64,000 nucleotides of DNA from a phage, in sequence record PZ445440.1; one strand, 5' to 3'. This document shows, piece after piece, positions 39,569-49,207 of this stretch. How positions within the stretch are numbered: position 1 is the first letter of the stretch; each line of letters begins with the position of its first letter. The notes under the pieces are model-generated. The model searched no databases. It saw nothing but the letters and a program-made list of their open reading frames with translations, and was not told the origin of the DNA. The position numbers and the translations under genes are program-made.

Positions 39569-40669
39569 TTACGCTGTGAAGATTTTATCCCACATCGCAA
39601 CAACTGCATCTCGATTATACTTCTTCCATACTGCTTCAGCACGTTTAACTCGAGCTTCGTATGTGTCAGTGAATTCTAATACAGCTTTTGTGTAAAGCGC
39701 AACTACTTCTTTCTTAGGAGTAGAGGAATCAATTTCTACACGCACAGTATCTGGGTCGTATTCGAATGTCGCATGAGGATAATCCTTAAAAACTAACTGG
39801 ATTACAGGGACACCTTTAGAGATGGCTTCAATAGAACTATTCTCTACCGTACCTGTGTCAGGACACGTATTAATAAGTGCTTTAGCTGTTTTAAGACGTT
39901 CCATGATTTCACTGTGTGGAGCATCAATAATAACAGGATACTTAGCCGGTGGTGCCCATTTGCTTGGACAGTATCCTGCACCATTTTCGCCTAGTGCTTT
40001 AATCGCTTCAAGAGCAACATCAGTACGACGCATTTTAGTGTCATAACGTTGTGCACTAATAATCAGATCAGTCGCCGGAAGAACTTCAGGTTTCTCATTC
40101 AAACAAATAACTGGATAATCTTCGGCTTCAAACAACGGATTTGCTCGCCAATAATCATAATCAATTTTGTCAGTCAGACCTGAAGTCATATAACAATATT
40201 TGCGTTCAAATTCACGGAAGGCTTTAGTAGGAGCATAACTCTTACCACCATTCTTATGAATTTGAATAGTCTGGTCCCAAATTTGAACAATGCCACGAGA
40301 TACCGGTTCAAATGGTGTTGCCATAAAATTCTTATGAACTTTAGAGAGACCTGCGTCTTTAATTGCCTGAACGGTTAGTTTAGTCGGTTCCGTAGTAACA
40401 ACAAAATCGTATTCATGGATGTCGGCTAGTTCAACAATCTTACGAGCCATAGTATAACTCATACCTAGACTGAATTTAGTCAGATGACCAACAGGATGAT
40501 GATTAACTTTCCAGTCACCAAACGTGTCATTATCAAAACCGATATAATCAATATCGGCACCAATAGAAACTAAATATTTCAACACATTTAAATGTACTGC
40601 TTCAAGACCACCTTGTACACGTTCTGGGTTAAATGGGACTGCGCGCGATGGGATAAACATAACTTTCAT
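39569..40669 (-). CDS. putative GT-B fold glycosyltransferase (candidate DNA glycosyltransferase)
   Basis: 366 aa; N-terminal GG.E sugar-donor-binding-like segment (ERVQGGLEAVHLNVLKYL) and C-terminal E-x7-E-like/GxPVI segment (ENSSIEAISKGVPVIQ) typical of GT4-like enzymes; not similar to recalled T4 a-gt or b-gt. Confidence 0.55.
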   Translation of the reverse strand: MKVMFIPSRAVPFNPERVQGGLEAVHLNVLKYLVSIGADIDYIGFDNDTFGDWKVNHHPVGHLTKFSLGMSYTMARKIVELADIHEYDFVVTTEPTKLTVQAIKDAGLSKVHKNFMATPFEPVSRGIVQIWDQTIQIHKNGGKSYAPTKAFREFERKYCYMTSGLTDKIDYDYWRANPLFEAEDYPVICLNEKPEVLPATDLIISAQRYDTKMRRTDVALEAIKALGENGAGYCPSKWAPPAKYPVIIDAPHSEIMERLKTAKALINTCPDTGTVENSSIEAISKGVPVIQLVFKDYPHATFEYDPDTVRVEIDSSTPKKEVVALYTKAVLEFTDTYEARVKRAEAVWKKYNRDAVVAMWDKIFTA

Positions 40670-40711
40670 AATTAAGCCTTATTAAAATTAAAATGAAGCT
40701 CCCGAAGGAGC

Positions 40712-42529
40712 TTAGGACATCCATTCTTTACGAAGTTCTGAATCATCACCCATCAACATTTCAAAGAGTTCTTTCCAATTTTCAGGAAGTTTAACTACGT
40801 CGTACACAGGGTTCTGAATCATTTCACGATATTCTGACTTTTCAAGGGAGCCTAATCCCTTGATGTATCGAATACTATGCTTAGGCAGTGTATCTTTAAC
40901 TTCTTCATACTCAGCTACAGTATAAAACCATTTTTGAGTTTTGCCAATTTGTGCAATAATTACAGGCGTTTTAACAAAGCGAATACGTCCTTGTTCGAAC
41001 AATTCAGGCCAATTACTAAAGAAAGCAAGCAAAGCCGGATAGATACTTCCAAGACCGTCGTGATCTGCATCAGTCATAATTGCAATATTACGATAGTTCG
41101 TATTCTCTGCCTTTTCACCAAGAATAAGACCTGTGATAGCACAGATATCGAAGAGCTCTTTGTTCTTCATCATATCAGCATATGACATACCCCAGCTATT
41201 CATCACCTTACCACGTAATGGGAATCCGCCGTGTAGTTCACGGTCACGAACATCAATGAGATAACCAATTGCCGAATCACCTTCTGTTAAGAACAATGTC
41301 GTATCTGCATCTTTACCACATTGGTTAGCTTTAATATGCTTATGAACCTTAGCTTTAGTTGCCTTTTTAGCTGCTTTAGTTTCTGCAGCCTTTTCTGCTG
41401 CCAATTTACGAGCTAATGCTGCTTCAACAATAGGCATAATCAAGGCTTCGTTTTTAAGAAGCGCCTGAGCAATTTTCTTAGCATCTAATTGGATATGATT
41501 ACGAATATCACCATACGTTGACGTTAAACGTTCTTTAGTCTGAGAATCAAAACGCATGTTGCTCATGTCTCTAATAAACATCAACATTGTGAGGCATTCT
41601 TTAACACGAGCTTTAGTGACTTCAATACCCTTATATTTCTTTTTAATACCCGGCAAAAGATGTTCGCAGATATCATCCATTACACATTCAACATGATGAC
41701 CACCATTTTTAGTATGGATGTTATTCACATAAGTTAAATGACGGAAGCCATCTGGTGATGTTGTGAATGCTATAGAGACTTTATCATTTTCTTGAATGAT
41801 GTTATCTTCACCAAATTGTTTAGCAAATCGTTTAAAATTACCATCAACCTTTTTACCATTAAATGTGAACTTGATGTCAGGATAAACGACTGCCAATGTT
41901 TGAAGTCGGTCTAAAGTAATATCTAAATAAATTTGAGATAAATTATGCTCTTCAAATGAAGTGAAATCAGGAGTGAAGATTACTTTAGTGCCTCTACCTT
42001 TAGATTTCTTAGAAGACCATGATTTGTTTTCCATTCCGTTTGAACAGTTAACAGTGATTTCATTTTCGCCATCTGACGTGATGCCTGTAAACAACGTAGA
42101 GAAGATATTAGTTAAACTACTCCCGACACCGTTCATACCACCAGTCTTGCGTTCAGAGTCATCGCCAAAGTTACCACCGGCCTTTGGAATAGTCCAGGCT
42201 GCTACAGGCCCAGGAATTTGTTCACCTGTTTGGTCGGTAACTAAACCTTGAGGAATACCACGTCCGTTATCTTCCACCGAAACTTGATTATTTTTAATTT
42301 GCACATCAATTTTATTTGCAAACTTAAATGATGTACGAATAGCTTCATCAACCGAGTTGTCAATAATCTCATCGATTAATTTAACCAGACCAGGAACATA
42401 TTCAACTTGTTGATATTTACCAAACAAAAAACGCTCGTGGGCTTCTTTAGCCGAAGAACCAATATACATACCACTACGTTTCTTAATATGTTCTACATCT
42501 GACAATACCTTAATTTCATTTTTAATCAT
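40712..42529 (-). CDS. 39: topoisomerase II large subunit gp39 (GyrB-like ATPase + TOPRIM), single fused ORF
   Basis: 605 aa; GHKL ATPase motifs (EIIDNSVDEA, GGMNGVG) and TOPRIM (EGDSA, DADHDG); no separate gene 60. Confidence 0.9.
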   Translation of the reverse strand: MIKNEIKVLSDVEHIKKRSGMYIGSSAKEAHERFLFGKYQQVEYVPGLVKLIDEIIDNSVDEAIRTSFKFANKIDVQIKNNQVSVEDNGRGIPQGLVTDQTGEQIPGPVAAWTIPKAGGNFGDDSERKTGGMNGVGSSLTNIFSTLFTGITSDGENEITVNCSNGMENKSWSSKKSKGRGTKVIFTPDFTSFEEHNLSQIYLDITLDRLQTLAVVYPDIKFTFNGKKVDGNFKRFAKQFGEDNIIQENDKVSIAFTTSPDGFRHLTYVNNIHTKNGGHHVECVMDDICEHLLPGIKKKYKGIEVTKARVKECLTMLMFIRDMSNMRFDSQTKERLTSTYGDIRNHIQLDAKKIAQALLKNEALIMPIVEAALARKLAAEKAAETKAAKKATKAKVHKHIKANQCGKDADTTLFLTEGDSAIGYLIDVRDRELHGGFPLRGKVMNSWGMSYADMMKNKELFDICAITGLILGEKAENTNYRNIAIMTDADHDGLGSIYPALLAFFSNWPELFEQGRIRFVKTPVIIAQIGKTQKWFYTVAEYEEVKDTLPKHSIRYIKGLGSLEKSEYREMIQNPVYDVVKLPENWKELFEMLMGDDSELRKEWMS

Positions 42530-42580
42530 GTTGTCTCCTCGTTATGAAGGTATTCTATCATCCGAAATCTAAAGCAAAAA

Positions 42581-42592
42581 GGGCCGAAGCCC
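42581..42592 (-). terminator. stem-loop GGGC-UUCG-GCCC + U-run upstream of gene 39
   Basis: Short GC hairpin followed by UUUUUG on minus strand. Confidence 0.4.
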
Positions 42593-43018
42593 TTATTTAA
42601 ATTTAATTTTCTGAAGTGCATCAATTGCAGCCAAACGCCCTTGTTCACTTTTAACTGTAATGACCACATCGCCTGATACGATCACCGAACCATCAACAAA
42701 TTCTATAGAGCCTTTTTTGAAATCGACAGCTGTATCTGGTTCCGGAACTTCTTCAAAGAATTTAAATTCTGCACCATAAAGCAGAATATCACCTTGCATA
42801 CTATGAATAGTTCGGCCATAATCGCCTACGGCTTCTACAGCAATAACCGAAACACCGTAGCCAATCATCTCTTCCACAATAAAATCTTTGGACAATAAAG
42901 TAGTATGCAGATTAGTATTAAGACGTTTACCAGTCGTATTAAGAATTCTCAAGAAATTATCTTCCTGTCCTTTGATAATACGATATTTCTTACCAACTTC
43001 AAAACCTTTAAAAGCCAT
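42593..43018 (-). CDS. hypothetical protein (141 aa)
   Basis: ORF track. Confidence 0.5.
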   Translation of the reverse strand: MAFKGFEVGKKYRIIKGQEDNFLRILNTTGKRLNTNLHTTLLSKDFIVEEMIGYGVSVIAVEAVGDYGRTIHSMQGDILLYGAEFKFFEEVPEPDTAVDFKKGSIEFVDGSVIVSGDVVITVKSEQGRLAAIDALQKIKFK

Positions 43019-43020
43019 AA

Positions 43021-43200
43021 TTAACCCTTCTTAAGTAAATCGTAAAAACCACCGTTCACATGTTTAGGAGCAGAAACCCGACGAGTAGACATACGATGAC
43101 ATTCAGGGCAAACATCGTTTTCTCGTTCAGAAATTCTTTTAATTTTTTCATATTCATGACCACAATCTTCAGATTGGCATTTATAGTCGTATAACGGCAT
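43021..43200 (-). CDS. small zinc-ribbon protein (FmdB-like CxxC...CPxC), 59 aa, not in track
   Basis: Hand translation MPLYDYKCQSEDCGHEYE...CPECH...; tightly packed between neighbours. Confidence 0.5.
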   Translation of the reverse strand: MPLYDYKCQSEDCGHEYEKIKRISERENDVCPECHRMSTRRVSAPKHVNGGFYDLLKKG

Positions 43201-43202
43201 TA

Positions 43203-43613
43203 TTATTCCTTAAAATGTGCTTTCAACATTTGATACAAAGACCATGCCTGGTCATTATTTTTGATAGTAATCGTCATCACAGGAAATTCAGACAATTCAT
43301 CAAGTTCACCAGAATCTTGCTCTTCGGACGCTTGATATGGATTTCCAACTTCGTCAAAGAACTCTGCTTCATTCGTGGAGAGCCAGATAAAGTTTTCATC
43401 AAGGATATCACCGCCTGCTGCATATCCAACCATGCCAGTAGATGTCACAATTTTAGTAGGACGACCAAGATGGTCAACATCTAATACTTTAAATGGTTCC
43501 ATGCCAAGACGTCGTGCATAAATCCCATTATCAGTGTGGTCTTTAATAAACTCTTCTTGGGCACGTTTATCTTTAAATTGGTACCATGAGTTAACGCGGA
43601 ATTTATTAGCCAT
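43203..43613 (-). CDS. hypothetical protein (about 136 aa)
   Basis: Track ORF trimmed to Met7 whose ATG overlaps upstream stop (TAATG coupling). Confidence 0.45.
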   Translation of the reverse strand: MANKFRVNSWYQFKDKRAQEEFIKDHTDNGIYARRLGMEPFKVLDVDHLGRPTKIVTSTGMVGYAAGGDILDENFIWLSTNEAEFFDEVGNPYQASEEQDSGELDELSEFPVMTITIKNNDQAWSLYQMLKAHFKE

Positions 43614-43885
43614 TAGTAAGTTTCCTTCCAATAAGTTGTACCATTTTCAGTGATTTCACGGAAGATACCATAGATAGGCATTTCATCACCGAGTTTTTCG
43701 TAAACGTAAACCACTTCAGTGTAGCATAAAAATTCGGTCCAGTTTTTCTGTACAACAACTAAATCAGGATTAAACAGAACATCTTCAAACTCGTCGATGT
43801 TTGAATCAGTAGTTACATTTTTAATGATTTGACGTTTCATAATATTCTCCTCTTGTTTTGATAGGTCTATAGTATCATAGACCAT
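43613..43885 (-). CDS. hypothetical protein (90 aa)
   Basis: ORF track; early promoter upstream. Confidence 0.45.
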   Translation of the reverse strand: MVYDTIDLSKQEENIMKRQIIKNVTTDSNIDEFEDVLFNPDLVVVQKNWTEFLCYTEVVYVYEKLGDEMPIYGIFREITENGTTYWKETY

Positions 43886-43897
43886 AGTTGTTGTACA

Positions 43898-44422
43898 TCA
43901 TTTTAGCAAAATAAAATCAACTTGTTCTGCCAATGAACGTCTAAACATTAATTGACAACTTCCGAGGATGAAATCAGGTGCTTCATAGACGGCGATGTAG
44001 TATCCTTTAGCTTTCAAGAGTTCAACATCCACCTGGTCATCAAACCATGCATAAACCGCGTCAACACTTTCAAATCCAAAATAGAACCCTTGAGCCCAAT
44101 CTTCACTCAATTCAAATGTGTGCTCAATTCTATAGTATCTTAAGATATTTTGTTCAAGGAGTTTGTCTTCATTTACTGTAGGACGATTAGGGACATTATA
44201 GTTGTCACCGTGATGGTAGAAGTTACCTGAGAGTATTCCATGCTTATCAAGGAACTCCCATGTTTCTTCAGAGTTGTCGGTGCCTGACCAACCGTATGGC
44301 GAACGAGGTTCTTTATTCCAAGAGGTTTCCCAAATTCTGACGGCTTTACCGTCTTCAATAGCAATTCCTGGTAATGATTCACGTTGAGTACAAAAACTAC
44401 GTTCTACGCGGTAAACTAACAT
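43898..44422 (-). CDS. hypothetical protein (174 aa)
   Basis: ORF track; motB-region position. Confidence 0.45.
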   Translation of the reverse strand: MLVYRVERSFCTQRESLPGIAIEDGKAVRIWETSWNKEPRSPYGWSGTDNSEETWEFLDKHGILSGNFYHHGDNYNVPNRPTVNEDKLLEQNILRYYRIEHTFELSEDWAQGFYFGFESVDAVYAWFDDQVDVELLKAKGYYIAVYEAPDFILGSCQLMFRRSLAEQVDFILLK

Positions 44423-44481
44423 ATTATTCTCCTCTGGTTGATATGGTTATAATATCAAAACCAGAGGAGAAGTAAACAACT

Positions 44482-44901
44482 TTATGCGAAAGCAGCTGGG
44501 CTATATTTTTTAATTTGGAATTCAGGAACTACCATGAACTGTCCAGCGAAAACGATGTTATAAAGCTTAACACCATCTTCTACCCAACGGTCGCTAATAA
44601 ATCCGGCGATTTGCTTAGTTTTCCATGGTGTTCCATCAGTTGCCGCAGCAATAGTGAATTCATGGTCTTTTTCAACAGAAACTGATCTGCATAGTCCCCA
44701 TTTGAACGCTTTTTCTTCTGGTTCAATGAATTGGCTTGAGACGTAGCCAATATTACCATTAGCATCACGAACTTTAACTTGGTTACGACCAAAAACCGGA
44801 TCACTCACAGAAAGAACTTCAACCAACTTCCCGGCAACTTTAGAGCGAGAAGCAACAGATACATATACGTAATCACCTGTAGAGAGATTTACAATATTCA
44901 T
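44482..44901 (-). CDS. hypothetical protein, member A of tandem paralog family
   Basis: 139 aa; shares ASRSK.AGKLVEV, KW.LC, GFISD.WVEDG.KLYNIVF motifs with next gene. Confidence 0.5.
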   Translation of the reverse strand: MNIVNLSTGDYVYVSVASRSKVAGKLVEVLSVSDPVFGRNQVKVRDANGNIGYVSSQFIEPEEKAFKWGLCRSVSVEKDHEFTIAAATDGTPWKTKQIAGFISDRWVEDGVKLYNIVFAGQFMVVPEFQIKKYSPAAFA

Positions 44902-44910
44902 AATAATTCC

Positions 44911-45375
44911 TTAAGCTTTACGAGGAGACACATAGCGAGTGATTTCAGATTCTTTAACAACTCGGAAGTCACCTAAGAATACGATATTGTATAACTTTTC
45001 ACCATCTTCAACCCATTGGTCACTAATGAAGCCACACATAGTATCAGTTTTGCTTGGATAACCGTATTCATCGATGAAGTCAAATTCTTTATCAGTCTGG
45101 AATTCAACACCTTTACACAAGGCCCATTTGAACTGTGTAGTAGGCTCAACGATATCGCTTGAAGCAAAGTGGGCACTTACACGAGTTTCCAAGAATTTAG
45201 GACTTACATAGGCGAACTGAGTTTCAGTTTTTCCAGAACTAGGAATGATTCGAACTTTAACTTCTTTAATATGGCCCATGCCATTAGTACGAAGTCCTAC
45301 TACTTCAACCAGCTTTCCTGCAGCTTTAGAACGAGACGCTGTCGATACACGTTTAATTTCACCAATATTAATCAT
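44911..45375 (-). CDS. hypothetical protein, member B of tandem paralog family
   Basis: Track ORF trimmed to Met22 (MINIGEIK); about 154 aa; paralogous to 44482..44901. Confidence 0.5.
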   Translation of the reverse strand: MINIGEIKRVSTASRSKAAGKLVEVVGLRTNGMGHIKEVKVRIIPSSGKTETQFAYVSPKFLETRVSAHFASSDIVEPTTQFKWALCKGVEFQTDKEFDFIDEYGYPSKTDTMCGFISDQWVEDGEKLYNIVFLGDFRVVKESEITRYVSPRKA

Positions 45376-45437
45376 ATTTTTTCTCTCTTTGTTTAAGTTG
45401 AATTCATTATACTCCATCCATCCTTGGATGTAAAACA

Positions 45438-45974
45438 TTAATTAAGAATATTAACTACTGCACTACGTGGAACAACACTAAAATCACCTGCATGAACAAC
45501 GTTCAGAAGTTCAACACCGTCTTCAATCCACTGGTCAGTTACCCAGCCACTTACCGGTCCAGCGAACGGACGTCGAATTGAAACAGCTTTACACAACAAA
45601 TCAGTAGGCTCAATAGGCTTAATCAGAGTACCGTACATACAAGCGATATCCATATCAATACAGATGTCTTTAACGGGTTCTACTTCTTCAATCAACAGTT
45701 CAAAGTCGGTGTTTGGAAGGGCGGTAGTAGAAATTGTACCGTATGAATTTTTAATTTCTAAGAATAACCAAGGGCCTTCAGCTTGTTTGATAAAGTTAAC
45801 AATAGTGAAACTATTACCTTGAGTGGCACCTAAAATTTCGCAAAACTTTTCATAAGCTCGCACTGAAGCGCCGTACCAGTTGATTTGTTTTTCGTCTTTC
45901 AGGATGTAAGTAGCCGTAGTATTGATATTCATAATGTTTTCCCGTTTGGTTAAGATAGAAAGATTATACTCCAA
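45438..45974 (-). CDS. hypothetical protein, member C of tandem paralog family
   Basis: 178 aa; C-terminal GWVTDQWIEDGVELLNVVHAGDF.VVP matches motif of members A and B. Confidence 0.5.
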   Translation of the reverse strand: MEYNLSILTKRENIMNINTTATYILKDEKQINWYGASVRAYEKFCEILGATQGNSFTIVNFIKQAEGPWLFLEIKNSYGTISTTALPNTDFELLIEEVEPVKDICIDMDIACMYGTLIKPIEPTDLLCKAVSIRRPFAGPVSGWVTDQWIEDGVELLNVVHAGDFSVVPRSAVVNILN

Positions 45975-45997
45975 CCATCCTTGGTTGTAAACTGGTT

Positions 45998-46675
45998 TTA
46001 TCGCTGTTTTACACTTAACGGGTCAGGATTCTCAGGGACATCTTCAAGGCCAAGCGCATAACGCTGAGCATATTTTAACATCAAAATATCTTTAGCACAA
46101 TCATGAATACTATCATGGGCAACGAATCCTTTTAGCGTACCCATCGGTAATGGACACATACTTAATCCTCGTGTCAACGAGTAAGCTTCGATTGCCGTAC
46201 GAATATCACGTTGAGCCCAGAATTTAACAGGTTCTAATTTATCGGTATCAATATCTGGTTCAAGAACACCTTCATCACGATAGAGGTCACGAATCAAATC
46301 GACTAAGATCGGGAAGTCAAAGCTCATACCACGGCACCACATCTGTGATTTCCATTGGTCAACTTTATTAGCTCGACAATAATCTAAAAAGATTTTAATG
46401 CCTTCAAGCGTAGTGACATCATCTTCAGACGGAGCCAGGTTTTTACGTGCTTCTGCTGATTGTTCTTTCCACCATTTCATAGTGGATTTAGCGAAAACTC
46501 GCTTCCCTTTCTGAGAAGCTAGATTAAATTTAATTCGCTTACCTCGTTGAACAAGTTCTTCAAATGATTCAACAACTTCAGGGTCGGAATTATATGCAAT
46601 AACCGCAAGGTCAATAACAGCCGCTTTTGATGTATTGCCGAATGTTTCAAAATCTATAATAACATCAGTGCTCAT
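45998..46675 (-). CDS. dexA: exonuclease A (DEDD family)
   Basis: 225 aa; DFETFG exonuclease motif; position upstream of dda as in T4. Confidence 0.8.
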   Translation of the reverse strand: MSTDVIIDFETFGNTSKAAVIDLAVIAYNSDPEVVESFEELVQRGKRIKFNLASQKGKRVFAKSTMKWWKEQSAEARKNLAPSEDDVTTLEGIKIFLDYCRANKVDQWKSQMWCRGMSFDFPILVDLIRDLYRDEGVLEPDIDTDKLEPVKFWAQRDIRTAIEAYSLTRGLSMCPLPMGTLKGFVAHDSIHDCAKDILMLKYAQRYALGLEDVPENPDPLSVKQR

Positions 46676-46684
46676 AATTTTCTC

Positions 46685-47998
46685 TCAAATAAAATGGACG
46701 TCAAAACGACCACGAGTTGTGCCGACATACAATAACTGTTTAGCTAATTCTGAATCGGCATAATGGATACACGGCGTATAAACAAAGGCCGTGTCAACAG
46801 ACATACCCTGGGCCTTATGGAAGGTTGATACAGGTAGTGCCTTCACCTTAGTGAACATACGTTTAGCATCCCAGAATTCGCTCCATGGGGCTTTACCACC
46901 TTTATTCCAAAATTTGTATGTTTCTGCGGTCTTAGCCAAAAACAAATTGAATTTATAAAGCTCTTCTTCAGAAGAAATAACCTTTATATCTTCGCGGATG
47001 TATTCTTCATCATCCCCATATGTTTCTACTGTAAGATTCCAGTATCGTATCATATATTCGCCTGAAACACCACGTGCTTTAACGAATGTAGACGTTTCTA
47101 CAGCATCTCGAATACGAACGAATTGCCCGTTATTGAAAAGCATTTCAGTCATATTTTTGCCATCTAGCTTGTACGTCTTAGTAAACGGCTCTTGTAGAAC
47201 AATGACTTCGTCTTTAATAAATGGTTTTTCTGTTTCAAGAAGTTTTCGGCGAATAATTGAATTTAACTTGTCCACCGACTTATTTGTGAATGCCATCATT
47301 CGATTTTCGAAAAGGTCTTCAGGAGTTTTAACGACGTTAAAATAGTTCATCATATACGATTTAAGGTCTGTATACCCATGAACACCGTGTCCATCAACTA
47401 CTTTATCGTAAATCCATTTGCCATTACGAATATCAGTCGCAACATCAATAATTGGTGCATTGCTACGTTTAACTTCTGTAAGGTTGCATTGCACGAAGTC
47501 TTTGTGAGTGAAGAAAGGACTTAGATATGCAGTTGATTCGCCTGGGTCTACCGGTCGAATCTGGCATCGGTCACCAATTCCAATTACTGTGCACCATTTA
47601 GGGATACTAGCTAACATTATTTTAAACAGAGAACGGTCGCACATTGATGCTTCATCAAATAACAGTACACGACACAAGGCTAAGTCGGGAACCTTTTTCT
47701 GTTCAAACAATACGTTTTCTTCGTATGTAGTTGGGTTGATTTTAAGAATGCTATGAATAGTCGATGCTTCTTGACCTGCAAGTTTGCTTAGAACCTTTTT
47801 AGCTGCATGTGTAGGGGCTGCTAAAATAATACCTGATTCTCCAGAAGAAATAAGGGCTTCAACGATGAATCTAGTAAGGGTTGTTTTACCTGTACCAGCA
47901 GGCCCATTAATAGTTACGTGATGTTTCTTTTCTTTAATAGCGTTCATAACAACATTGAAGGCGTTTTTCTGGCCGTCAGTCAAATCATCAAATGTCAT
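46685..47998 (-). CDS. dda: Dda DNA helicase (SF1B)
   Basis: 437 aa; near-identical N-terminus to recalled T4 Dda (MTFDDLT.GQKNAFN.VM.AIKEKKHHVTINGPAGTG). Confidence 0.9.
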   Translation of the reverse strand: MTFDDLTDGQKNAFNVVMNAIKEKKHHVTINGPAGTGKTTLTRFIVEALISSGESGIILAAPTHAAKKVLSKLAGQEASTIHSILKINPTTYEENVLFEQKKVPDLALCRVLLFDEASMCDRSLFKIMLASIPKWCTVIGIGDRCQIRPVDPGESTAYLSPFFTHKDFVQCNLTEVKRSNAPIIDVATDIRNGKWIYDKVVDGHGVHGYTDLKSYMMNYFNVVKTPEDLFENRMMAFTNKSVDKLNSIIRRKLLETEKPFIKDEVIVLQEPFTKTYKLDGKNMTEMLFNNGQFVRIRDAVETSTFVKARGVSGEYMIRYWNLTVETYGDDEEYIREDIKVISSEEELYKFNLFLAKTAETYKFWNKGGKAPWSEFWDAKRMFTKVKALPVSTFHKAQGMSVDTAFVYTPCIHYADSELAKQLLYVGTTRGRFDVHFI

Positions 47999-48306
47999 CG
48001 TAAAGTCCCTGCAATTGGAATACTAACAATACGGCCTGTGTCCAGGATTCGTTGATACAATCTTTGCGTCTCCGCATCTAGTTTAATGTGTTTCATTTCA
48101 AGCTTATTAAACCAGAACTTACGCGGAGTTTCGACCATTCTTAGAACTCCCATTTTTAAATCTGTTTTATACTGTGTTTTCAAAGTATCGAAAACTTTAT
48201 CTGCAATATCCTTTCTAAAAAATACTGCAGGACGATGCTCATCAAGTGGAACCGGGACAGTAAATCCTTCCATATCTCGATAAACTATTGCATATACATA
48301 AACCAT
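47995..48306 (-). CDS. hypothetical protein (103 aa)
   Basis: ORF track; overlaps dda start. Confidence 0.5.
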   Translation of the reverse strand: MVYVYAIVYRDMEGFTVPVPLDEHRPAVFFRKDIADKVFDTLKTQYKTDLKMGVLRMVETPRKFWFNKLEMKHIKLDAETQRLYQRILDTGRIVSIPIAGTLR

Positions 48307-48308
48307 AA

Positions 48309-49055
48309 TTAACCTTTAATCAGTTGGAATAATAATGCGCTAAGTGGTAAGCCACGTTTCAATTTTAATTTACCAATGAAACCAATCTTTTCAAAACGTT
48401 GCAGACCTTGGATAACTTTATCATATGTATCGAAAAGCGATTCAGCGTCAGTTAATTTAGTTTTAGTTTTCCAGTCAGAGCCTTTAAGAAGAACGTTGAG
48501 TTTAGTAAGTTCATGGCCTTCTGCTTGATGTGAGCCGTTAATGCGTGCTTTCAAAGCAACAATTCTAAGTTTAGATTCGTTAGATAAAGGTTGATTTTTC
48601 ATCATGTTCGCCATATGCTTAACACGATTTTCACGTTTTGCTCGGATTTTTAAAATAGTACCATAAACCTTTTTAATTTGGGCCCATTTCTTCTCGTCGA
48701 GATTAAGTTTCTCTACTTTACGGGCAGAAGGATTAGCGATACGTCTTGCAACGGCATCACGTTTCTCAATAAGTTCTTCTAATGTTAAATCAGAACGAGC
48801 TGTGTTATATTTTTTCTTAACCGGGATAACATTACCTTTAATGTAGCCTATATCATTATTAAAACGTTCTAAGGATAATTTCTCACCTTCAACAGAGTTA
48901 TTGAAAGATTCACCTGAGTAAGCGCAGACCTTTTGATCAAGAATGTTTTTAAGGTAATTAAAGTCTAAGTTAAAATCCTTAGAGCGTCTCTTCGCAGAAG
49001 CTCTGGTGTGGTCAAGACGACGATTGATTTTGTTAATTTTATTATTTGATAACAT
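48309..49055 (-). CDS. srd: Srd-like protein (by synteny and size)
   Basis: 248 aa, basic; between dda and modA/B where T4 srd (about 250 aa) lies. Confidence 0.45.
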   Translation of the reverse strand: MLSNNKINKINRRLDHTRASAKRRSKDFNLDFNYLKNILDQKVCAYSGESFNNSVEGEKLSLERFNNDIGYIKGNVIPVKKKYNTARSDLTLEELIEKRDAVARRIANPSARKVEKLNLDEKKWAQIKKVYGTILKIRAKRENRVKHMANMMKNQPLSNESKLRIVALKARINGSHQAEGHELTKLNVLLKGSDWKTKTKLTDAESLFDTYDKVIQGLQRFEKIGFIGKLKLKRGLPLSALLFQLIKG

Positions 49056-49207
49056 AATATTTTCCTCTGTCTTACGGACGTTAGGACATTTAGCTGATAA
49101 GCTTATAATATCATGCCCTCAGGTAGTGTACACTCTTTTTTCATAAAATGCTTTAATTTTTTATGTGTTATAATGGTTCTGAGTTCCATCCGGTTATTCC
49201 AATTCAG

